Source: an uncultured Actinomycetes bacterium (GTDB lineage Bacteria > Actinomycetota > Thermoleophilia > Gaiellales > JALYLC01). Taken from it: a stretch of DNA of 64,000 bases. The stretch's first letter is position 1. The number at the start of each line of letters is the position of its first letter. This document shows positions 27,901 to 36,762 of this stretch, one piece after another. Location of the stretch: positions 168,863 to 232,862 of the forward strand of contig CAVUPB010000002.1 of NCBI GenBank assembly GCA_963743275.1, in the 5' to 3' direction. The position numbers and the translations under genes were made by a program. The notes under the pieces were generated by a model, which made no database searches, was not told the origin of the DNA, and saw nothing but the letters and a program-made list of their open reading frames with translations.

Positions 27901-29672
27901 TCAGCTCGGGAGAGCGCGATCCACGGCCGACTCCCGGAAGGTCGCCATGCCCCGGTGAAGCGCGCCTGCCGCCTCGATGATCGGTAGGGCGAGGAGGCCG
28001 CCGGAGGCCTCGCCGAGACGCAGCCGCAGATCGAGCAACGGCTCGAGTCCGAGCTCGGTGAGCACGAGGTCGTGCCCGGGTTCGGCGGCTCGGTGGCTGG
28101 CGACGAGGGACTCGCCGACGGCAGGGTCGCGGCGCACGGCGAGGAGCGCGGCGGTCGACACGGCGTAGCCGTCGAGGATGACCGGGAGACGGCGTCGCGC
28201 GCCCTCGCCGGCGGCGCCGACGAGGGCGGCGAGCTCGAGCCCGCCCATGGCCACGAGAGCGGCGTCGGCGTCGAGGTGTGTCCCATGCCGCTCGAGGGCA
28301 GCCTCGACGGCGGCGCGTTTGCGCTCGAGACCGGCCGAGTCGAGGCCGCTGCCGCGGCCGACGGTGCGTTCCGCCGGCTGTCCGGTGAGAGCGCAGACGA
28401 GCGCTGCCGTCGTCGCGGTGTTGCCGATGCCGATCTCTCGGACGAGGCAGTCGACGCCCCGCTCGGCGAGCTCGCCCGCGAGGCGCGCTCCGGTCGCAAT
28501 TGCGAGTGCGAGCTGGTCTCGCGTGAGTGCGGCCCTGCGTCATGTCCGCGGTTCCCTCCGCGACCTTCTCCGGGCGCACGCCGTCCGGGGTCGCACCGAG
28601 AAGCCCGACGTCGGCGACGAGGAGGTCGTGACCCCCGTGGCGGGCCAGCACCGCGACCGCTGTCTCGCCTCGCGCCGCCGCCGCGGCGACCTGCGACGAG
28701 ACGGCGGAGCCGAAGAGGCTCGTGCCGTGCTGCACGTGTCCGTGGTCCGCCGCGCACACGAGCGTGCCGGCCCGGATGCGCGCCGGCGGCGCGGCTCCCG
28801 TGATCGAGGCCCAGCGCTCGATGAGACTCTCGAGCGCTCCCAGGCTGCCGGCCGGCTTGACGAGCTCGTCGAGGCGGTCGCGCGCGGTGGCCGCGGCGCT
28901 GCGGTCGACGGTCGGCCTGCGGGCGGCTGCCTGCGGCACCTCGGAGCGCCAGCGCTCGCGCATCACGACGGCGTCGAGCGGGAGGCGCTCGGCCCAGCCG
29001 GCGGATTCGAGACCCGGCCGCAGCGGGCGCTCGTCGGGCCCAGCCGACGCACAGGTAGGCGATCGGATCGACCCGTGCCGGGATGCCGAAGAGCGCGCGC
29101 AGGTCGTCCGGGCGATAGAAGCTACCCAGCCGACGCGGAGCCCCTCGGCACGCGCCGCGAGCCACAGGTTCTCGACCGCGCAGGCGGTGCTGTAGACGTC
29201 GGTCTCCGGGATCGTGCCGCGGCCGAGGATCTCGGCGTTCTCGTCGCCGTGATCGCAGCGAGCAGATGCCGAGCGGCGCCTCGACGATCCCCTCGACCTT
29301 CTGGTCGAGGAAGTGGCGGGCGCGCTCGTCGAAGCGACCGGCCGCCGCAGCCGCTCGCGCTGGGCAAGTTGACGGATTGCTATCCGCGTCTCGACGCCTC
29401 GACGACGATCATCCGCCAGGTGCATGAGGCCGACCGACGGGGCGCGGTGCGCTGCCTCGAGCAGGCGCTGCACGTGTCTCCTCGGGGACCGGGTCGGGAC
29501 GGAAGCGGCGGATGTCGCGGCGGGCGGCGATGACCCGGTGCACCGCCTCGGCCTCCGCCGGCGGAAAGCGCCATCCGCGCGGGTCGGCGGCCCGCTCGCT
29601 GGCGCGCGACGGATCGAAGCCCGCCGGCGTCGGCGGTCGTGGCTGACGGCTGGAGCCCGGCACGCCGGACAC
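27901..29672 (-). pseudogene. bluB-cobT: BluB (5,6-dimethylbenzimidazole synthase)-CobT (nicotinate-nucleotide:DMB phosphoribosyltransferase) fusion, disrupted by at least eight frameshifts
   Basis: BluB-like pieces sit in alternating frames: RRDIRRFRPDPVPEE | LLEAAHRAPSVGLMH | WRMIVVEAS | VEGIVEAPLGIC | PETDVYSTACAVENLWLAARAEGLRVGWV | SFYRPDDLRALFGIPARVDPIAYLCVGW | AGWAERLPLDAVVMRERW. CobT-like pieces follow: LDELVKPAGSLGALE...CAADHGV | EIGIGNTATTAAL...ILDGYAVSTAALLA...LGEASGG. Confidence 0.8.
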
Positions 29673-29687
29673 GGTAGGCGATGCGCC

Positions 29688-30503
29688 CTACTTGCCCATC
29701 CCCATCGTCAGGCCCGTGATCAGGTAGCGCTGGAAGACGAGGTAGACGAGCACGGCGGGGAGTGCGCTCACGAGCGAGCCCGCCATCAGCAGGGGCACGT
29801 CGAGGCCGTGCTGGCCGGGGATCGTCGCGAGGCCGACCGTGATGGGCCGCACCTTGGGGTCCTGCAGGAAGAGCAGGCCGACCAGCAGGTCGTCCCAGAT
29901 CTGGATGAACTGCAGGACGGCGATCGTGGCCATGGCCGGCCGGGCGAGCGGCAGGATCACGCGCAGGTACGCGCGCCCCCAGCCCAGGCCGTCGATCATC
30001 GCCGCCTCCAGGACGTCCATCGGGATGCGCCGGAGGTAGGTCGTCATGAGGAACGTCGAGAACGGCGCGCCGAGGGCGGCGTAGACGATGATCGCCGAGT
30101 CGAGGTGATTGATCCGCCAGTAGTCGACGACGTTGATGAACTCGGGCGCGATGATCGACTGCAGCGGCACCATCATCGCCCCGACGACGAGCAGGAACGC
30201 CGCGGCGGCGCCCCGGTAGCGCAGGATCCCGAATGCGTAGCCGCCCGTCGTCGAGACGAGCAGGATGACGGCGATGCCGCCGACCGACACGATCGTCGAG
30301 TTCAGCAGCTGCCGCCACACGGGCAGGACGTCGAAGAGATTGCGCCAGCTCGAGAGCGAGTAGCCGCCGCTCCCGAGCTGGTACTGCTCGCTCGAGTGCA
30401 GCGACGTCGTGATCATGTAATAGAACGGATAGAGCATCACGACGGTGATGCCCGCGAGCACGGCGTACAGGAGCGGGCGCGAGAGGCGCCGCGTCGTCGT
30501 CAC
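29688..30503 (-). CDS. Carbohydrate ABC transporter permease (MalG-like)
   Basis: Six TM segments and an EAA-type loop (LEAAMIDGLGWGRAYLRVILPLARP). The GTG start overlaps the upstream stop (GTGA). Confidence 0.85.
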   Translation of the reverse strand: MTTTRRLSRPLLYAVLAGITVVMLYPFYYMITTSLHSSEQYQLGSGGYSLSSWRNLFDVLPVWRQLLNSTIVSVGGIAVILLVSTTGGYAFGILRYRGAAAAFLLVVGAMMVPLQSIIAPEFINVVDYWRINHLDSAIIVYAALGAPFSTFLMTTYLRRIPMDVLEAAMIDGLGWGRAYLRVILPLARPAMATIAVLQFIQIWDDLLVGLLFLQDPKVRPITVGLATIPGQHGLDVPLLMAGSLVSALPAVLVYLVFQRYLITGLTMGMGK

Positions 30504-31396
30504 TCGTCCACGCCCCGGAAGAGGCGGACCTGCACGACGCTCACGACCGCCACGGCCAGGAAGAGCATCACGCCCGCGGTCGCGGCCGCGCCGAAGTCGC
30601 CGGTCGCGAAGCCCTGCTGGTAGCCGTAGAACTCGAGCGTCGTCGTGGCGAAGCCCGGGCCGCCGCCGGTCATGATGTAGATCAGGCTGAAGATCGCCGT
30701 GAACGCCGAGACCAGCGTGATGATGAAGGCGAACTGCACGAACCTGCGCAGCAGCGGGAGCGTGATCGAGACGAGCACGCGCAGATGCCCTGCTCCGTCG
30801 ACCCTGGCGGCTTCGTAGAGCGACACGTCGATCGTCGACATGCCCGCGAGGAAGATGATCAGGTTGGTGCCGAACATCCCCCAGATGAACGTGATCGCCA
30901 CGGCCGCGAGCGCCGAGCGCGGATGCGAGAGCATGTCGGGATGGATGCTCCCGAGCCCGACCGACCCGAGCATGCGCTGCAGGATTCCCTCGTCGGCGAA
31001 GAAGCGCGCGGCGATCGCGCCGATCACGACCCACGAGACGGCCGTGGGCAGGAAGAACACCGTGCGGAAGAATCGCCAGCCGGGCAGGTGGCTCGAGAGC
31101 AGGAACGCGATCGCCAGGGGGACGCCGATCGCGACCGGGACCGCGAGCAGCAGCATCGCGTTGTTCTTGAGCACCTGCTGGAAGTCGGGGCTGTTGAGCA
31201 GGCGCGAGTACGTGCTCGTCCCGACCCACGTCGCGGTCAGGCCGTCCCACTGCGTGAAGCTGTAGTAGACGGACTGCCCGATCGGGTACAGCAGCAGCGC
31301 AGCGACGAGCGCCAGCACCGGCAGCGAGAAGAGCAATCCGGCGCGCCGGCGCTTCGCGTCCAGACTCGTGCGGTGAGCGCGGGGGAGGGCTGCCAT
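30500..31396 (-). CDS. Carbohydrate ABC transporter permease (MalF/UgpA-like)
   Basis: EAA loop YEAARVDGAGHLRVLVSITLPLL. Start set at the internal ATG (MAALPRA). Confidence 0.85.
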   Translation of the reverse strand: MAALPRAHRTSLDAKRRRAGLLFSLPVLALVAALLLYPIGQSVYYSFTQWDGLTATWVGTSTYSRLLNSPDFQQVLKNNAMLLLAVPVAIGVPLAIAFLLSSHLPGWRFFRTVFFLPTAVSWVVIGAIAARFFADEGILQRMLGSVGLGSIHPDMLSHPRSALAAVAITFIWGMFGTNLIIFLAGMSTIDVSLYEAARVDGAGHLRVLVSITLPLLRRFVQFAFIITLVSAFTAIFSLIYIMTGGGPGFATTTLEFYGYQQGFATGDFGAAATAGVMLFLAVAVVSVVQVRLFRGVDE

Positions 31397-31445
31397 CGGG
31401 AAAGCAGTGTGGCGCCCGCTGCGAGGCGGGCGCCACACCGGGTGC

Positions 31446-32734
31446 CTACTTGAAGGTCGAGCCCTTGCGGTCGGACGGCACGCCCTTGAGCGCGGCCGCC
31501 ATGCTCGCGAGCGCCTTCTGGGGCGTGGTCGTGCCCGCGAAGGCGGCGACGAGCTGCTTGCCGGCCACGTCGACGACCTCGGACTGGATCACGTTGTCGA
31601 GCATCGGATACGGCTTGAGCCCGCCCTTCGCGGCCAGGTCGAGCATCTGATTCGAGAGCGTGTTGGTCGTCGTCAGGCCCTTGACGTCGGGGATCAGCCC
31701 GGCGGCGGAGATGATCTTGGCGGCCTGCGGGGTCATCATGAACTTGAGGAACGCGACGGCCTCCTTGGGGTGCTTCGAGGCCTTCATGACCGAGAAGCCG
31801 TCACCCGGGTACTGGATGACGCCGCCCTGCTTGGAGTCGCTGTAGGGCGGGGCGAAGGGCGCGAGATTCTTGCCGAGGCCCTTCTGCAGCGTCGCGGTGT
31901 CCCAGCTGCCGTCGACGAACATGGCGGCCTTCCCCGCCGAGAACGCGCTCAGGATGCCGGACTTCGTGAGGACGTCCGGGTTCGTGCAGCCCTTGGTCTT
32001 GAGGGCCGCCCACTTGGTCAGCTGCGACACGATCTTGGGCGACGTCCAGGGCGTCTTGCCCGTGTAGAGCCCGCGCCATTGCGCGGGGGAGAGGATGCCG
32101 GCCATCGCGTAGCTGAAGTCGTAGAACGGGTAGAACGTCTGGCCGAGGCCCTGCGTGTCGACGCCGTAGATCATCGGCGTGATGCCCTTGGCCTTCAGCT
32201 TCGCGCAGTCGGAGTAGAGCTCGTTCCAGGTCGTCGGCGGACCGGAGAGGCCGGCCTTGGCGAACAGCGCCTTGTTGTAGAAGCCGATGTAGAACTGGTT
32301 CTCGAGCGGCATCACGAGGAAGCCGTTGGCGATGTTGAAGTCCGGCGCCATGTAGCTGATGCCGTTGAGCTTGTTCGTCTCGGCGCTCGTGAAGTACGGC
32401 TTGAGGTTGAGCAGGAACTTCGCGTACTTGAGGTCGAACAGGCCCGTCCACATCGTGGCGAGGTCGGGCGAGGTGTGCGAGATCGCCGAGGACTGCAGCA
32501 GCGCGAAGTAGTTGTCGGCCGGCTGGCTGACGACCCGGATCTTGATGTCGGGATGCAGCTTCTCGAAGGCCTTGACCAGGTTGTTGGTCGCGACGGCATT
32601 GCCCTCGGTGCCGTAGTTGTGCCAGAGCGTGAGCTGCGTGGTGCTCCGCTTCGAGCCGGACGCCGCGAATGCGACGCTGGCGGCGGTGACGGCAATGGCC
32701 GCCACCAGCACGCCGATCAGCAGTTTGCGGTACA
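31446..32734 (-). CDS. Extracellular solute-binding protein family 1 (sugar ABC transporter)
   Basis: Signal peptide MYRKLLIGVLVAAIAVTAASVAFA, LTLWHNY and a strong GGAGGAGG RBS. Confidence 0.85.
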
Positions 32735-32748
32735 TGATCCTCCTCCGA

Positions 32749-33684
32749 TCAGGACGTTTGTGACCCGGGCTGCGGGATGCCGAGCCCGGGCGCGTGCGGG
32801 GCGGACTGCTGGAGCGCGGGCGCGAGCCGGCGCAGCCACTCCAGCGCGACCGCAGCCCGGTGGACCTTCTCGCGAGCGATCGCACATGCGTCTGCCACGA
32901 GGTGCTCTCCGCACGGGTAGAGCGACCGCGAGTTGCGCAGACCGAACTTCGCGTACAGCGGGGCGCCGGCGGCGATGAGGTCGCCCACCTCGTTGCCGCG
33001 CACGACGCCGCCGAGCGCGTCGGGCGACTCCACGTAGAGGTCGATCGGCAGATTCGAGGCGGCCCGCATCTCGGATAGCTGTAAGACGGTCGTGTCGGAG
33101 GCGATGTTGACCGTCGTCGCGCCGAGGCGCTCGAGCACGCGCAGGCCGGCCGGGTTCGAGGGTGCGAGCATCACGGAGATCTTCCAGACGCAGTCCGCCG
33201 GCAGCTCCCCGGCGCCCTGCATGTTCCGGAGGACGTCCAGCAGTCCGGCGTCGGCGATCAGGAAGCTGCGGATGCCGGCCTCGCAGGCCCGGGCGATGTC
33301 CTCGACGGCGTAGGCGAGCCCGCGCACGCCGCGCACCTGGCCGGCGTGCGCGGCGCCGTCGGCCGAGCGAGCATGCGCGCCGACGTCCCAGCCCTCGCGC
33401 GGGCCCGTGAAGAGCGAGACCTCGAGGCCCGCCTCGCTGCCCATCGCCGCCATCTCGCGCAGCTCCGACTCGCGCAGCAGCATCGCGCCGGATCCCTGCG
33501 AGACGCGGTTGACGACGATCTCGTGCGCGGCCGCGCTGCGGATGACCTCCTCGAGCACGCGCGCGCCCTCGACGCTCGGGATCTCGACGCGGAACGACGC
33601 GCCGTCGGGAAAGCGCGCGGCGCTCGGCGGCGGCGGCGGCGCCTGTGCGAGCTCGAGGCGCTCGAGCGCGGCACCCGCCTTCAT
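32749..33684 (-). CDS. Conserved-looking protein of unknown function (possibly TIM-barrel-like), translationally coupled to the M24-like gene
   Basis: 312-codon GC3-biased ORF with an ATGA overlap to the upstream gene. I recognise no family. Confidence 0.6.
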   Translation of the reverse strand: MKAGAALERLELAQAPPPPPSAARFPDGASFRVEIPSVEGARVLEEVIRSAAAHEIVVNRVSQGSGAMLLRESELREMAAMGSEAGLEVSLFTGPREGWDVGAHARSADGAAHAGQVRGVRGLAYAVEDIARACEAGIRSFLIADAGLLDVLRNMQGAGELPADCVWKISVMLAPSNPAGLRVLERLGATTVNIASDTTVLQLSEMRAASNLPIDLYVESPDALGGVVRGNEVGDLIAAGAPLYAKFGLRNSRSLYPCGEHLVADACAIAREKVHRAAVALEWLRRLAPALQQSAPHAPGLGIPQPGSQTS

Positions 33685-34871
33685 GCCGCGGCGCCCGTCG
33701 CGATGTCGAGGATCGCGGTGCGCTCGCGCCCGCCCGCGAGCGACGCCTGCGGCCATTCGCCGGTGTGCGTCAGGCAGTGAGCCCCGTCGTCGTCGATCAG
33801 GAACGTGTCCTCGATCTTGCCGCCGCCCGCGACGCTCGGGTTCCAGGCGACGGCGTGGCCGGACTCGATGGGCTGCCCGTACCAGCGGCTCTCGCGCTGG
33901 CTCGGGACGATCTCGAACTCGCGCTGCCGGTAGGCGATCGGGCCGCCCTGGTAGTGCTCGCGCCAGGCGCCGGGATGTCCGACCTCGGCATAGGCGTCGT
34001 CGCAGGCCCGCAGCACGTCGCCGTAGGTGGCCCCGACACGGCTCGCGGCGAGCATGCGCGCCTCGACCGCCACCGCCGCCTCCCGGGCTGCGCGCACACT
34101 GCCCGGGAGCGCGCCGTGGCAGGCGAACCGGGTCGCGGCCGCGTGGAGCCCGCCGCGCTCGGCGACGACGACGGCCATTGCGAGTCGCGTCACGGGCGTG
34201 CCGTTCGCGAGCGGGTGGCGGAAGCGCTCGACGCGCTCGTCGCCGCCGACGATCAGGCACGCGCCGAACGCGCCGGTGCGCTCGAGCTCGGCCGCGATAC
34301 GCGCCTGCAGGTCGAGGTCGCGCTCGCCCGGCCGCCACGAGCGCAACGTCCGCTCGAGCGCCCCCGCCGCGTCCAGGGCGAGCGCCGCGAGGCGCACGCG
34401 CTCGGCGGGCACGAGCGCGAGGCGCAGCGCCGTGAGCGCGTCCTCGGCGTCGATGCCGAACGCGGCGTGACCGTCGCTCGCGAGCTCCGCCTCCGGGTGG
34501 CCGGCGAACGCGCGCGCGGCCGCGACGAAGCCGTCGCCGCCGGCGAACCACTCGACCGTGGCGAGGGCGAGGCCGCGGCCGCTCAGATCGTGCTCGGCGT
34601 CGATGCGCGGGCGCTCGACGTTCGTGGTCAGCGCGAGCGCGTCGCCCGGGGTGACGACGACCCACATCGCGCTCGCGGCCGAGCCCGCCTCGATGCGATT
34701 CTCGAGTCCGGCGGTGAGCCAGGCGACCGCGCCCGCCGTCGTCAGGACGACCGCGGGCGCGCCGAGATCGGCGAGCAGCGCGCGTACCTGCGCGAGCTTC
34801 GCGGTGACCTCCGCGGACGCGGAGCTTTCGGCGGTTCCGAACGGCGAGGCGATGATCGCGAACGCTTTCAC
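33681..34871 (-). CDS. M24 (creatinase/prolidase fold) family protein that appears to lack most metal ligands
   Basis: Pita-bread-fold-like C-terminal half (AVVVAERGGLHAAATRF; HYQGGPIAYRQRE; HAVAWNPSVA; GGKIEDTFLI). By eye, four of the five canonical Asp/Asp/His/Glu/Glu positions are substituted. Confidence 0.72.
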   Translation of the reverse strand: MKAFAIIASPFGTAESSASAEVTAKLAQVRALLADLGAPAVVLTTAGAVAWLTAGLENRIEAGSAASAMWVVVTPGDALALTTNVERPRIDAEHDLSGRGLALATVEWFAGGDGFVAAARAFAGHPEAELASDGHAAFGIDAEDALTALRLALVPAERVRLAALALDAAGALERTLRSWRPGERDLDLQARIAAELERTGAFGACLIVGGDERVERFRHPLANGTPVTRLAMAVVVAERGGLHAAATRFACHGALPGSVRAAREAAVAVEARMLAASRVGATYGDVLRACDDAYAEVGHPGAWREHYQGGPIAYRQREFEIVPSQRESRWYGQPIESGHAVAWNPSVAGGGKIEDTFLIDDDGAHCLTHTGEWPQASLAGGRERTAILDIATGAAA

Positions 34872-34899
34872 GTCGGTCGACCACTGTCAACCTGCGCTT

Positions 34900-34916
34900 G
34901 TTCGGCAGAGCCGAAC
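34900..34916. promoter_or_regulatory. Perfect inverted repeat GTTCGGC-aga-GCCGAAC in the divergent IclR/M24-like promoter region; candidate IclR operator
   Basis: 7-bp perfectly complementary arms with a 3-nt spacer, lying between the two divergent start codons. Confidence 0.4.
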
Positions 34917-34942
34917 GCCATTTGCTAGGCTCGCAGGCCACT

Positions 34943-35743
34943 GTGACGACGCCGGATGACCGCTATCGCGTGCAGAGCGTCGAGCGCGCCGTCTTCGTGC
35001 TCGGCGCCCTCGGAGACGCCGGGCCGGACGGGCTGACGCTCTCGGAGCTCAGCCGTGCGCTCGGCGCCTCCAAGAGCAGCGCGTTCGCGATCCTGCAGAC
35101 GCTGCTCGGCTACGGATTCGTCGCCGATTCGGGTGCGGGCATGTCGCGCCGCTACCGCCTCGGCCTCGCGCTCGCGCGGCTCGGCGACCTCGTCGTCTCG
35201 CAGATCGCGCTGCGCGATGTGGCGCTCCCCGTGCTGCGCGACCTCACCGCGGCCACCGGGCTCACCTCGCGCGTGGCGGTGCTCGAAGCGCCCTACGCGG
35301 TCGTCATCGGCCGCGTCGACGCCGAGAGCAACGCCGTCCGCTTCGCCACGAACCTCTTCAAGCGCGAGCTGATGCACTGCTCCGCGGTCGGCAAGGCCAT
35401 GCTCGCGGCCATCCCCGAGCCGGAGGCGCGCGGCTACCTGCTGCAGGCGGGCATGCCGCAGAAGACGCGCCACACCGTCACCGATCTCGAGGAGCTCATG
35501 CTCGAGCTCGCGGACGTCCGTCACAAGGGCTACTTCCTCGACGACGAGGAGGACGCCGAGGGCGTGTGCTGCATCGGCTCGCCGATCGTGCTCGACGGCG
35601 AGGTCTGCGCGGGGGCGATCAGCGTCACGGGGCTGAAGGTCGACGTCCCGGCATGGCGCCTCCACCAGATCGGCGAGAGCGTGCGCGACCACGCCGAAAG
35701 GGTCTCGCGGCTGCTCGCCGGAGCCCAGGCGGTGCCCGCGTGA
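34943..35743 (+). CDS. IclR family transcriptional regulator
   Basis: N-terminal wHTH (VQSVERAVFVLGALGD...LTLSELSRALGASKSSAFAILQTL) and a C-terminal IclR effector domain. GTG start chosen. Confidence 0.85.
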   Translation: MTTPDDRYRVQSVERAVFVLGALGDAGPDGLTLSELSRALGASKSSAFAILQTLLGYGFVADSGAGMSRRYRLGLALARLGDLVVSQIALRDVALPVLRDLTAATGLTSRVAVLEAPYAVVIGRVDAESNAVRFATNLFKRELMHCSAVGKAMLAAIPEPEARGYLLQAGMPQKTRHTVTDLEELMLELADVRHKGYFLDDEEDAEGVCCIGSPIVLDGEVCAGAISVTGLKVDVPAWRLHQIGESVRDHAERVSRLLAGAQAVPA

Positions 35744-36762
35744 GACGCGCCCTCGTGGTCGAGGGGCCCGGCCGGCTCGCGCTGCTCGAGCGCGCGTCGC
35801 TCGAGCCGGGAGCGGGCGAAGTCGTCATCCGCCCGGCCTTCTGCGGCCTCTGCGGTACCGACGTCGAGTTGCGGGACGGCCTCGTCGATCCGGCCTTCGT
35901 GCGCTATCCGCTCACGCTCGGGCACGAGTGGTCGGGCGTCGTCGAGGCGGTCGGCACGGGCGTCTCGGGGGTCGTGCACGGCGATCGCGTCGTGGCCGAG
36001 TGCATCATCCCGTGCGGCACGTGCGGCCCCTGCCGGGCGGGCGCCACGAACGTCTGCACGACCTACGCCGAGCTCGGCTTCACCCACGAGGGCGGAGCGA
36101 GCGATCAGGTCGTCGTGCCGGCGCGGGTCGTGCACGTCCTCGCGCCCGGGGTGCCGCTGCTCGACGCGGCGCTGGTCGAGCCGGCCTCGGTCGTCATGCG
36201 CGGGCTCGAGAAGGCCACGCCCGAGCCGGGGCAGCGCGTGCTCGTGATCGGCGACGGCACGATCGGGCTGCTCGCGGCGCATCTCGCCTGCCTCTGGTCG
36301 CCGTCCGAGATCGTGATGCTCGGCCGGCGGCCCGAGCAGGCCGCGCTCGCCGCGAGCGCCGGTGCGACGGGCTTCACGACCGACGACGGCGTCGCCGAGG
36401 GCTTCGACTTCGTGATCGAGGCGGCCGGCGCGCCGCCGGCCATGACCCTCGCCGTGGGCGCGGCGCGCCGCGGAGGACGCGTGCTCCTGCTCGGCCTGCC
36501 GCCCGCGGGGCTCACGTTCGAGTTGCCCGCCGACCTGCTCGTGAACAACGACCTGACGCTCGCCGCGAGCTTCGGCTACACCTCGGCGGCCTGGAGCCGC
36601 GTCGTGCAGCTGCTCGCTTCGGGGCGCATCCGTCCCGGGCAGATCGTGACGCACCGCTTCCCGCTCGCGGACCACGCCGAGGCGTTTGCCGCACTCGCCC
36701 GGGCGGACGGCGCGCGCGGCAAGGTGATGCTCGAGATCACCAGCCCCCGACCCAGCCGCTGA
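35740..36762 (+). CDS. Zinc-dependent medium-chain alcohol/polyol dehydrogenase
   Basis: CGLCGTD, GHEWSG and CGTCGPCRAG (structural Zn), plus the GDGTIGLL Rossmann motif. GTGA overlap with iclR. Confidence 0.85.
   Translation: MRRALVVEGPGRLALLERASLEPGAGEVVIRPAFCGLCGTDVELRDGLVDPAFVRYPLTLGHEWSGVVEAVGTGVSGVVHGDRVVAECIIPCGTCGPCRAGATNVCTTYAELGFTHEGGASDQVVVPARVVHVLAPGVPLLDAALVEPASVVMRGLEKATPEPGQRVLVIGDGTIGLLAAHLACLWSPSEIVMLGRRPEQAALAASAGATGFTTDDGVAEGFDFVIEAAGAPPAMTLAVGAARRGGRVLLLGLPPAGLTFELPADLLVNNDLTLAASFGYTSAAWSRVVQLLASGRIRPGQIVTHRFPLADHAEAFAALARADGARGKVMLEITSPRPSR

Noticed and set aside
23176-29473. ORFs of 1102 aa (23176-26484) and 1010 aa (26441-29473) read as single giant proteins
   Set aside because: Each is a chance read-through of several real genes plus frameshifted segments. 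The first spans the MetE-like gene and the LivHM permease. The second spans the binding protein and the BluB-CobT remnants. Internal RBS/start signals and domain boundaries show they are separate genes.
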